A stretch of 64,000 nucleotides of DNA, from positions 1-64,000 of the IMG/VR virus record IMGVR_UViG_3300036851_000218; one strand, 5' to 3'. The notes under the pieces were generated by a model. The model was not told the origin of the DNA and ran no database searches. It saw only the letters and a program-made list of their open reading frames with translations. Positions 35,667 to 44,766 of the stretch are shown piece after piece; position 1 is the stretch's first letter, and every line of letters starts with the position of its first letter. The stretch comes from a virus. A program made the position numbers and the translations under genes.

Positions 35667-35695
35667 TTGACAATTCCCTTACGCTGTGCTATAAT
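35667..35695 (+). promoter_or_regulatory. consensus sigma70 promoter
   Basis: TTGACA-17 nt-TATAAT with TGTGn. Confidence 0.9.
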
Positions 35696-35725
35696 ATGTT
35701 CATATAAATTGTCTAAGGAGACGAA

Positions 35726-36241
35726 ATGGTTAGCGAAAACAACGGAAATATTTTCGACCAACTCGGTCAACGTGGTCTGTCAGCCTTTCTGACAGGTTTT
35801 ATTCTGGTAGTATTGTATCTGATCGCGGCTGCAACAGGCCGTAACCCGCTGGAACTTCCAGTAGCCGAAGACGGCGTGACCGTCATCACCCCTGAGTTTA
35901 TCCTCAGTATGCTCGGCCCTGCCGTAATGCTGGTCTACACGCTGGCGAAACTCTTTAAGAGTATTACCACCCGTGTTGCCCTGCAAGCCCTGGCATCGGC
36001 TCAAGCGATTGATCCAGGCAACGTTATCGCACTGCTGAAAATCCGTGAATTCTGGATTACGGTTGTGACGACTGTGTTTGCTGGACTGATGATGTTCAAC
36101 CTGCGCTTTTGGGAAGAAGGTCAAGAAGCCACCGTCATTGACGTTATTGTAAATATGATTATGGCATTCATGGCTACCCTGCAAAGCAGCTACTCACAGC
36201 GTCCCGCCGGAGCGACTATCCAGATTGTCGAAGCTGATTAG
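35726..36241 (+). CDS. holin-like multi-TM protein
   Basis: About 4 TM segments; IREFWITVV motif. Confidence 0.55.
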   Translation: MVSENNGNIFDQLGQRGLSAFLTGFILVVLYLIAAATGRNPLELPVAEDGVTVITPEFILSMLGPAVMLVYTLAKLFKSITTRVALQALASAQAIDPGNVIALLKIREFWITVVTTVFAGLMMFNLRFWEEGQEATVIDVIVNMIMAFMATLQSSYSQRPAGATIQIVEAD

Positions 36242-36287
36242 TTACTAACAAGTGTTTTACTACTTGATAAGATTATAGGAGAATAAA

Positions 36288-36755
36288 ATGGGAGTTTTAA
36301 AAACGATTCGTGTAACCCCTACCATTACTGCTGGCGCTTACAGCGCGGCGGATGCGGTAGGACAGAGGATGTCCGTGACCCTGCCTTTCGGCGCTCTTGG
36401 GAAATCGGGCTACCTCCGTGCTTTGACGGTCTTCGATAAGGGTAACGTTAAGGCCAATTTGCTTCTGCACCTATTCCGCGACACCTTCACAGGTGCAGTG
36501 GACAACGCAGCGTTCGCTGCAACCGACGCAGAAGTAGTGGCTAAAGGTGTCGGCATTGTGGACATTGCCGTTGCCGATTACAAGTCGAATGGTACGGTGT
36601 ACGCAGTTGCAACCAAAGCCAATCTTGACATCCCGATCACTTTCCCGCGTAGCAAGTCCACCCTGTACATTCAGTTGCAAGCAGTTGCGACCCCGACCTA
36701 CATTTCAACGTCTGACTTGACCCTGCTGTTCGCTTTCGAAACAGCAAACGACTAA
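36288..36755 (+). CDS. putative virion structural/decoration protein
   Basis: Ala/Thr/Val-rich beta-type composition; AGGAG RBS. Confidence 0.5.
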   Translation: MGVLKTIRVTPTITAGAYSAADAVGQRMSVTLPFGALGKSGYLRALTVFDKGNVKANLLLHLFRDTFTGAVDNAAFAATDAEVVAKGVGIVDIAVADYKSNGTVYAVATKANLDIPITFPRSKSTLYIQLQAVATPTYISTSDLTLLFAFETAND

Positions 36756-36788
36756 TTGTAAACACACTTGTTGGTAAAGCAGTAAAAG

Positions 36789-36816
36789 AAAAGCCACTCA
36801 ATTGAGTGGCTTTTTT
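36789..36816. terminator. bidirectional intrinsic terminator
   Basis: AAAAGCCACTC-AATT-GAGTGGCTTTTTT between converging arms. Confidence 0.9.
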
Positions 36817-36821
36817 GTTGC

Positions 36822-37694
36822 CTATTTCAACCCATACAAAGTCATTTGTGAACCCCGTCGCCAATTCGTCGTAGATACCCAACTAATTTGTGTGACTGGA
36901 TGAAAAGTGGCTGCAATACACGCTGCCCAGGCTTGGGACAAATTACGGTTGGCTGTCGTGATTGGGGCTGTACCAATAAAACCTAACTTCCGAGTGTATG
37001 GCATAACACCCGCGTATTTATCGACATCGGCTAATGCATAATTAGGGATAAGACCGTACCCCAACATAGATGAACTAACTTGAAACGTTGTTCCTGCCGC
37101 TGGCGTTATAGCTTCATCTATTAAGGATGATTGTCCAGTAACGCCCGTACCTACAACTGCGGCTGCATCGTAGTTGATACGCCCAACATGGTAATTTGCA
37201 GTCGATACGCCATTTAATCGAAGTCCAGCGGCTACCGACACAGCCGCATCCACTAATCTGGCGGAGAAGGTAAAGAACAGATGTTTGTATGTTTGATCGA
37301 TTCCTGAAATCGATAAAGTAGTGCCACCATCGGCCTCCGCATTGAGAACGCTGTCTAAATACACCCAATCAAGTGATCTATCTTTTTCATAGTATGATAT
37401 AGGAGTCCCCGTTGACACCCCATCTGCCACATCATCAACGGGCAAAAATACATTCTCTATCGCTTCTGTGTCGGGGTCGAACCAGTAAAAAGTTGATCCA
37501 ACTGACGGAGCATTGGTTGATCCAGTCTGTTCCTCCCAGGCCGCAATCAGTTCAGCAGGCGTAGGCTCAGTGGATTGATACAGTACAATTGCCTGCGTTG
37601 ACTCATCAATCGGTTGTAATACAGCTAGCAGATTTGAAATATACTCACATTGTTCTGAGTATGTTGATTCCCACGTTTGCGTTAAACAAGCCAT
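36822..37694 (-). CDS. tail-tip/receptor-binding protein 5
   Basis: Shared anchor module plus C-terminal LRLNG...TLYG domain. Confidence 0.7.
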   Translation of the reverse strand: MACLTQTWESTYSEQCEYISNLLAVLQPIDESTQAIVLYQSTEPTPAELIAAWEEQTGSTNAPSVGSTFYWFDPDTEAIENVFLPVDDVADGVSTGTPISYYEKDRSLDWVYLDSVLNAEADGGTTLSISGIDQTYKHLFFTFSARLVDAAVSVAAGLRLNGVSTANYHVGRINYDAAAVVGTGVTGQSSLIDEAITPAAGTTFQVSSSMLGYGLIPNYALADVDKYAGVMPYTRKLGFIGTAPITTANRNLSQAWAACIAATFHPVTQISWVSTTNWRRGSQMTLYGLK

Positions 37695-39427
37695 TATTCT
37701 TTATCCCATCTAGGTGTACCTGGAAACCCATACCAGCTAATTTTAGAACCGCTAACAAAGTTACCGAGCGCCCCTGCCAATGTCAATTCAATTTGGTTGA
37801 TTGGATCAAGGCTGTTACGTACACCAACACCACTGATCGTATTGTAGTTGGTTGAAGTAGCCACCGTACCGGCTACCGCCGCACCTTCGAAAATTGCTTG
37901 CTTCACATTGTCGTTGGATTGAATGGCGGGTATCCAAATCATATAATTACAAGTAGATTGTCCAGCTAATTGGTTGCCAGGAAAAGGAATAATGATTCCG
38001 CCGGATGTACCAGGGGCTATTTCATTTCGAGTTAAGCCAGCACCAGCAGCACGGAAATACAGTGTATGGTAATTTGCAGCCGCGCTGTCGCCATTAAACT
38101 TTAAGAAGGCTTGATTTAAAACAGCGGAAGTTGCGCCAACGGCCTCTACAATAATCAGAATATGTTCTATATCTGAGGGGATTGCCAGACCCGATAAAGA
38201 CACACCTGCGGTTGTACCTGTCAAGTCATCTTGTTGTAACAGTCGGACATTCCCCGCTGGATCAACATACTGACTAACTTGGTAGACCTTTCCAGTGCTT
38301 TCAAAACCATCAGGAGCGACTGATCGCATAGTGATCGGTCCTGACAATGATGACACTACAACCGTTCCAGTCGAATCAACACTTACATTTTGTGCCTCAG
38401 TTGCGCTGCCGCCTATTCTATTAATCCAAGTACGCGCTGCTTCACTTGAATCATTAGGTACAAGGTAGCTATCTACTGCCTCATACCATACACCTTCATC
38501 TGAACCGTCGGGACGAATTCTGTAATTAGAGAAATAAATCCACTCCCCATCAGGACTCCATGTAGGTCCATGAATACCAGTATTAATTCCAGTTACCGTA
38601 CTCAAAGGAGTTTGATTTGCTCCGTTCGAATCCATAATGTAGATAGTACGATTAACTCCTGTACCCGATAGATAACAAATTTTCGTACCATCAGGAGACA
38701 ACTGCGGTAGACGAGAGGTAGCTCCACCACCTGTAGTCGTCAACCGCGTTCTGCCAGTCCCATCATCATTCATGATGGCAATTTCAAAAGTTACACCGTA
38801 TTCATTTGTCTCATATACTATTCGAGTTCCGCGCCAATGGGGAAAGCTGTCATTAAAAGCATCGTTGGTTAGACGAACAACACCTGTACCATCGACGTTC
38901 ATTTTAGCCAATTCATTTCCGCCGAACTCGCTGGTATTGAACACAATCATTGTACCTGCATCATTCCATGCAGGCTCTTTTCGTATGCCCGTAGAAGGTG
39001 TTAAAGCGGTTTCTTCATTAGCCATCATGTCGGTGACAACAAGTGTGTCGAGTGAGCCCGTCAACAACCGTTGGAAAACAACTTTACGGGTTGTCCAATT
39101 CCAATCGGGATCAGCATCAGTGTATCCGAATACCATCACGTTGGATGCTTGATCTTCAACTGTTCGGAAAACTCCACCAATCTGTAGCCGATCCGTGTCG
39201 TACCACAAAAACTCTACGGATGTGGGGATAGGCAGGACGTTGCCAACCGCTGCTGCCAGCCACGCCGTTTCAAAATCGTCTTGAACAGGTACAGACGATT
39301 GACGTAAAGTAATTGGATTTGCCCCACATAACTCATTTATGACAACCTGTAATGCGTCAAAAAAGGCTTCTTGGTCAACAGGAGTTTCACTGTAGTCACA
39401 AATATCAGGTAGATCACTAAATGCCAT
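37694..39427 (-). CDS. tail-tip protein 4 with TolB-like (PD40) beta-propeller
   Basis: EPAWND, PQLSPDG, PTWSPDG repeats between anchor and C-terminal domain. Confidence 0.75.
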   Translation of the reverse strand: MAFSDLPDICDYSETPVDQEAFFDALQVVINELCGANPITLRQSSVPVQDDFETAWLAAAVGNVLPIPTSVEFLWYDTDRLQIGGVFRTVEDQASNVMVFGYTDADPDWNWTTRKVVFQRLLTGSLDTLVVTDMMANEETALTPSTGIRKEPAWNDAGTMIVFNTSEFGGNELAKMNVDGTGVVRLTNDAFNDSFPHWRGTRIVYETNEYGVTFEIAIMNDDGTGRTRLTTTGGGATSRLPQLSPDGTKICYLSGTGVNRTIYIMDSNGANQTPLSTVTGINTGIHGPTWSPDGEWIYFSNYRIRPDGSDEGVWYEAVDSYLVPNDSSEAARTWINRIGGSATEAQNVSVDSTGTVVVSSLSGPITMRSVAPDGFESTGKVYQVSQYVDPAGNVRLLQQDDLTGTTAGVSLSGLAIPSDIEHILIIVEAVGATSAVLNQAFLKFNGDSAAANYHTLYFRAAGAGLTRNEIAPGTSGGIIIPFPGNQLAGQSTCNYMIWIPAIQSNDNVKQAIFEGAAVAGTVATSTNYNTISGVGVRNSLDPINQIELTLAGALGNFVSGSKISWYGFPGTPRWDKE

Positions 39428-40437
39428 TATACCAACTCCCCTGTCAACCCTTTAAATAAACCATATACCCACACCGCGCTGTCTAAATTATAACCGCCTG
39501 AATCTCTACCAACACGAGGCATATCTTCGCGCATAGGGTACTCATCCGATTTCTGACTAGCCGCTTGTTGTAGAAACAGGTTGTTAGCAGCGAAGGTTGC
39601 ACCGAGCGACGATCCAATATGTAATCCACCAGGGGCAAGTGACACATCCGTAGGCGTATGGACACCACCACTGGTTGTAGTTGCCAATCCATAGCGGTGT
39701 AAAAAGATAACACCTTCACTAAATGCACCCGAATATGCAGATGATAAAGTAATATTAGTAGCAATAGCAGATTTCTCAGTGTCGTCATTGACACCCAAAT
39801 TGGTAGCGGCATTTGTGACTTCAACATAAAAAGCCTTTTGAGCCGCAATAGAATAGTCTTCTTGCCAATCGTCGATGGGGGCAGTAGATCGAAAGAACAG
39901 GGTTAGATCGCCTGCACTTGTATCAAGCACTCTGATTTTATACATAATCATAAATGATTGTAAACCGAGTTGCGCCCATCGGTATAATTGATTCTTATTA
40001 AATATTAATGCGACAAAGTTCTTTGATAGATCAACTGGAACAATAGAAATGCTTTCACCGGATAGAGGATGAGTATGGAGATTGGCCTTCCCCAATAATC
40101 GAATTGAAGGACGATCCCAATCGGTATCCAAATACGGGTACACTGTACCACTGGATGCCTGACCCGCTACTAAGTCATTAGTGGTGACAAAGGATTTTGC
40201 ATCCCCCTTAGACCAATCCACCCATATTAACTTTGTGCCAACGGGTATGGGCAATCCCAATCCAGTTTGAGATACGAAAGCCGTCTCCCATTCGCTTTGA
40301 GTCGGTTCAAGTATTTGTCGCAGGAACACCGCTTGTTTCCTGGCCTGTATATTTTGTACACGTTCGAGTAACAGTTTTGCAAATGATCTTTGTTCGATAT
40401 AATTTATAGGCCACTGAGTATCGTATATATCTGCCAT
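39427..40437 (-). CDS. tail-tip protein 3
   Basis: Shared anchor module; start at TAATG overlap. Confidence 0.7.
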   Translation of the reverse strand: MADIYDTQWPINYIEQRSFAKLLLERVQNIQARKQAVFLRQILEPTQSEWETAFVSQTGLGLPIPVGTKLIWVDWSKGDAKSFVTTNDLVAGQASSGTVYPYLDTDWDRPSIRLLGKANLHTHPLSGESISIVPVDLSKNFVALIFNKNQLYRWAQLGLQSFMIMYKIRVLDTSAGDLTLFFRSTAPIDDWQEDYSIAAQKAFYVEVTNAATNLGVNDDTEKSAIATNITLSSAYSGAFSEGVIFLHRYGLATTTSGGVHTPTDVSLAPGGLHIGSSLGATFAANNLFLQQAASQKSDEYPMREDMPRVGRDSGGYNLDSAVWVYGLFKGLTGELV

Positions 40438-41198
40438 TATTGCACCATTGCTCGAATTGCGAAAGAAGTGACATTGTTCGCCCCGCCCCAAGCTAAGGTG
40501 GGGGCAGTTCCAGGCGCACCAGCAACTCCGAGTAAAGGTTTAACGGTATGAATACCGGCTGGCATATCTTCCAGAACATAGGATACGCTCTGTAAATTTG
40601 TGATAGGTAGGTTTTCAACCAACCCACCATTGGGGGGAACAGCTTGATACTGACTTCCTAGTTTTACGCCATCTAACATAAAGTCAACACCTGACGCAAC
40701 ATTGGTGGTCGTCATAACAAAATTAAAATCTATAAACAGGGTGCAAATCACATCAGTAGTGAAGGTAATCTCAGGCAAGAACGCACCATTGCCCATCAAA
40801 CTAGCTGAGGACGAACGTGCTGTGGCATCATACTCAACATCCGATACAAGGATTGTACCAGGGACATACTCAGCAGTTCGAGACTCAACGGTTGCACTAC
40901 CTGTAATCGTTCCGTACTGCCCACCTAATTGACTGTTAGTTGTGTCATACCACAACAGGGTAGCACTAGCAGGTATAGGAAGTGCGAATCCCGTCTGGAC
41001 AGTGTAAGCTGCCTCCCATTGACCTTGCGTGGGTTCAGTCGCCTGAGATAGTATGACAACGGAACTCAAGTTCGCCTCAACATACTCGCGCAGTTCATTT
41101 AATTTGTCCTGCATGGTTTGAATGAATATTTGTTGGTCGAAACAATCGTCAGGCCAAACACCTAAGTCAGTGAAATCAAGAATTGAACATGAAGCCAT
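40437..41198 (-). CDS. tail-tip protein 2
   Basis: Shared anchor module. Confidence 0.7.
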   Translation of the reverse strand: MASCSILDFTDLGVWPDDCFDQQIFIQTMQDKLNELREYVEANLSSVVILSQATEPTQGQWEAAYTVQTGFALPIPASATLLWYDTTNSQLGGQYGTITGSATVESRTAEYVPGTILVSDVEYDATARSSSASLMGNGAFLPEITFTTDVICTLFIDFNFVMTTTNVASGVDFMLDGVKLGSQYQAVPPNGGLVENLPITNLQSVSYVLEDMPAGIHTVKPLLGVAGAPGTAPTLAWGGANNVTSFAIRAMVQ

Positions 41199-42019
41199 TA
41201 TTGTGCTACCTCTAAAGTATAAAAGCCATAAACTAGGCTAGTGAAATGGGAAGGTCTTAATCCAGCAGAAGCGGACAGAGACGCTTGATAATTTAAACCG
41301 CGTACACCCCCACCTGCACCGCCAGGAGAGAACATGCTAACTCTAAGCTGTAGTGTTGATGGGCCTGTCAAAGTTACGGGATGCGTGTGCCGGATGTACT
41401 GAGGTATCCAGTTGGTGGCAAATGTCCCACCTGAAAATTCTCCGTAGCCGTCGGTATTTGCGGCTGTACCAAATTGAGTGTGATGATAATTCTGAGTAAC
41501 TACGCTGCCTAAGACTGAGTACGACCAACGAATGGCGGCTGCGCTATAAAAAGATAAATAGAACCTTAGTCGGGAAGGGATGCTATCTAATAGAGTTCCA
41601 TTTGAAGGGATGAAAGTTGCAATTGTGTCAGCAAAGTTTGAACCAAGCGCCGTGTTTTCATTAGTGATTGCTAAAAAAGGTACTATTGAGTATATTGTTC
41701 CAGGCTGACGAGTGTAAGTGACGGGTACAACCACTCCACTGATAACTGTAAAGCTACCACCAAACCTAGCATTGCTAGTATCGTACCACAACAAACTTGC
41801 TCCGTCTGTAATAGGTAATGTCTTACCTTGACGCAACCACTCCGATTCCCAAAACCCTTGACCTGGAATTGATGGGCTGTAGATTATAATTTGTGGACGG
41901 ATGTTGTCATTAATATCTGTTTGTAAATCAGATATAACTTCCAGATTGTCCGCCATTAACTCCGGTTGTTCATCACAATCGCATGACCAATCTAATACAA
42001 TGGGTGTTTCAATTGCCAT
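41198..42019 (-). CDS. tail-tip protein 1
   Basis: Shared anchor module. Confidence 0.7.
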   Translation of the reverse strand: MAIETPIVLDWSCDCDEQPELMADNLEVISDLQTDINDNIRPQIIIYSPSIPGQGFWESEWLRQGKTLPITDGASLLWYDTSNARFGGSFTVISGVVVPVTYTRQPGTIYSIVPFLAITNENTALGSNFADTIATFIPSNGTLLDSIPSRLRFYLSFYSAAAIRWSYSVLGSVVTQNYHHTQFGTAANTDGYGEFSGGTFATNWIPQYIRHTHPVTLTGPSTLQLRVSMFSPGGAGGGVRGLNYQASLSASAGLRPSHFTSLVYGFYTLEVAQ

Positions 42020-42022
42020 ATT

Positions 42023-43618
42023 TTATATCCACACAATATGGGTAGTCAAGGTTGCACTATAGGCATTGACCCACCCTACGTTTTTTAAGCCGATTTTCAT
42101 AACTGCATCCCCGCCAAAGACAGGATCACTAACTATCTCAGCAATAACTGTCCCGTCAGGTGATGTTCCGTAGGATGCCCCCACTAAATAAACATTAGTT
42201 GCACCCACTGGCGCAGCAGGAAGGTCTATCGTTACTTGCCGAGCCGTTAAACCATTGCTGAGTTCGTCGTCCGCACCCCCACCCGACACATTCGTAACAA
42301 TTGTAGCAAATACAGGTGTAAATGCAGGGGCATAAACCGCACCTGCGGGTGGAGATTCTCGTTTTGTTTCGTCGTACACACTAACAAACAAATCTTCTTG
42401 TTCTACTAAGGTCGCTCCATCTATTAGATCAAATTCCCAAACAGTTTTATCACCTGAAAAGTCAACCGATAAAGCCGTAACTCGAATATCATCATCTATA
42501 GAAGACTCAACAAATTCTACTTCGTCGGTAAACGGATCAATAATTGGTTGGCGATAAGTTGCATGAACGAATACGGTGTCTCCGACATCAACATATAGAT
42601 TATCCCCAATTGCAGACACCGACACTTCTCGAACATTACTAGAATGGTCTTGAAGGAAAGCCACACCCCGCTGGTACAAAGATAGGGCAGCAGCATTGAT
42701 AGCTGCTAAAGTTGCATTCCCCGATTCTTTGGGGGGTGTATATTGCGTGTAACGTTCAACAGATTGAGAACCCTCTAAAGCTGACACCGAGTTATTATGG
42801 ATATAATATACATAATTGGCTATTTCGGTAACGATGGGGAAATCAGGATCAGCCGACAATGCGGGGTTCGCCACCAGTGAATCCCTCAAAGTGATAGCGC
42901 GGGTTACGCCCAAGTTGTCTTGGACATCTCCACCAATAACTTCAACTGCATTAATAATATCCGTCAAAGTAACACTTTGGTTTATATCAATGATAGCTCC
43001 GTCGCTCTCTAAGAACTCTTGTACTAACTCCCCATCCGGCGGACGGTGAAGTTCGATACCACTCAGTTCTGAAAATGAGCCAACATCGATAGAATGTTTA
43101 CCTGCAACAAAGCCCCCATAACGGAAGAATACACCTGGGATGCCCTCTATTAAAGTTACAATCTGAGGGAGAAGTCGCTTTTCGGAACGTAGGTCAATCG
43201 TCGTAACTTGAGTAGGATTTTCCAGGGTGTTTATTTTATTTAAACGCCATCCAGCCCGTCGTAACAATTCGCCCAAAATAAGCAGAAGTTCCTTACTCTC
43301 GTAGTAGGCTTGGCTGTAAGCCCTGACAGAGTATAGGTCATCCAATCGACCTCTTCCTTGCAAACTCAAAACCAATTCGTTCTTACTCCATTTTTCTGAA
43401 AACTGTTGTAAGACTCCTTCAATCAGCAATTCATTATTGTAATAAATTTCAACATTATTGCCTTCGGCTACGCCTTGAACAGCAAGAACATTTTTAGGAA
43501 ACGACCCACTCCACGATGAACTTTGATTTAAAGTCCACTTTATATTAGCCGACAAAGCGGGAGTGTCGGCTATTACGGTGTCTGTATCAACATCTATAAA
43601 TCTAAATCTAACACTCAT
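42023..43618 (-). CDS. baseplate hub/Tal-like minor tail protein
   Basis: Second gene after tape measure; VDVGDTV motif. Confidence 0.7.
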   Translation of the reverse strand: MSVRFRFIDVDTDTVIADTPALSANIKWTLNQSSSWSGSFPKNVLAVQGVAEGNNVEIYYNNELLIEGVLQQFSEKWSKNELVLSLQGRGRLDDLYSVRAYSQAYYESKELLLILGELLRRAGWRLNKINTLENPTQVTTIDLRSEKRLLPQIVTLIEGIPGVFFRYGGFVAGKHSIDVGSFSELSGIELHRPPDGELVQEFLESDGAIIDINQSVTLTDIINAVEVIGGDVQDNLGVTRAITLRDSLVANPALSADPDFPIVTEIANYVYYIHNNSVSALEGSQSVERYTQYTPPKESGNATLAAINAAALSLYQRGVAFLQDHSSNVREVSVSAIGDNLYVDVGDTVFVHATYRQPIIDPFTDEVEFVESSIDDDIRVTALSVDFSGDKTVWEFDLIDGATLVEQEDLFVSVYDETKRESPPAGAVYAPAFTPVFATIVTNVSGGGADDELSNGLTARQVTIDLPAAPVGATNVYLVGASYGTSPDGTVIAEIVSDPVFGGDAVMKIGLKNVGWVNAYSATLTTHIVWI

Positions 43619-44766
43619 TAGTACAACCCAAAATCATGCAGATAAGCGGCTTCATAATTTAAATCATCAGACAGATATTCTATCTTATTGTAACCACGAC
43701 CTGTCTCTCCTGGATACGCACCAGGGTAGCTCCATCGAGGTCTTACGCCAGAAAGGATTTCACCGCCTCGTATGACGAAGCCAGGGAAAGGTGAAGCATA
43801 GCCTGTTACTATCTGGTCAGTTGTCAACAGACCCCCCAAACCTCCATTTATTAAATCTGTATTTAACTGTGCAAGGTCTAAGGTGCTTTCATCGACAAGG
43901 TTTGATTGACTAAAATAGTTATAATTTCTCGTAACTCGCAGGGTGATAGTTCCGGTGAGGTTACTAAAATTTGTGAAGGAGTACACACTATTTGGACTTG
44001 CGCTCCATCTTTCGGGATCGGAATTAAAACTATGTTCTCCAATGGAAACGTAGTCTGACCCAATGCCACCCATTCGTCCATTTGTATATTTCAACCCCCA
44101 ATACGACGGATCGTACTTTGATAATGTTACCCCCCAACGAAAGAAGTAACCCTTACGGTGTAACTCACTCAATCTGTTTGGCAAAATAAATGTATTACTG
44201 ATCGATCCACTTCGGAGTGTAGGAGACAACGGATTGACAATTTTATCTTTTCGATACTCCCACTCCCAAGAATTTAGTGCTTTCCATTTTGTTCCAAGTA
44301 CCATTGATATAGATACAGGGAAAGTTGACGCTGACCAGGGTTTCTTTGAACTATGATATGAGCTATCTTGTGGTAGCTTTGTTATTATACCATAATTTAC
44401 GATCCAGTCAAGAGTGGTATTACAAGCAGAACAACAAGACCCTTCGGGTACATGCTCACATTCTTCATAATGAAACCCAATAACAGGTGTTAGCGGAATA
44501 CCACCCATTGACAGCAAACGATTAAATAGTGCCTGTGCGGATATTTGATCTTCGTCACAAACAAACATACCTTTTAATTCTAATTTTTGTGACTCACTCA
44601 AAGGGCGACCCAAATCGGAGAACAGATGTTCACCAGATGTTTGTGTGAATTCAGTAGTTGGCGCTTTCCACTCACGATTAGCATCCAGACTAACTTCGCC
44701 GCTATCAAAATTTCTAAGATTAAAGAATAGAGGTAAATCCCCTATCTGATAAATCATCAAACCCAT
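43618..44766 (-). CDS. distal tail (Dit-like) protein
   Basis: Directly after tape measure. Confidence 0.6.
   Translation of the reverse strand: MGLMIYQIGDLPLFFNLRNFDSGEVSLDANREWKAPTTEFTQTSGEHLFSDLGRPLSESQKLELKGMFVCDEDQISAQALFNRLLSMGGIPLTPVIGFHYEECEHVPEGSCCSACNTTLDWIVNYGIITKLPQDSSYHSSKKPWSASTFPVSISMVLGTKWKALNSWEWEYRKDKIVNPLSPTLRSGSISNTFILPNRLSELHRKGYFFRWGVTLSKYDPSYWGLKYTNGRMGGIGSDYVSIGEHSFNSDPERWSASPNSVYSFTNFSNLTGTITLRVTRNYNYFSQSNLVDESTLDLAQLNTDLINGGLGGLLTTDQIVTGYASPFPGFVIRGGEILSGVRPRWSYPGAYPGETGRGYNKIEYLSDDLNYEAAYLHDFGLY

Noticed and set aside
36822-42019. Diversity-generating retroelement or shufflon acting on tail genes
   Set aside because: No reverse transcriptase, template/variable repeat pair or invertase seen in the window.
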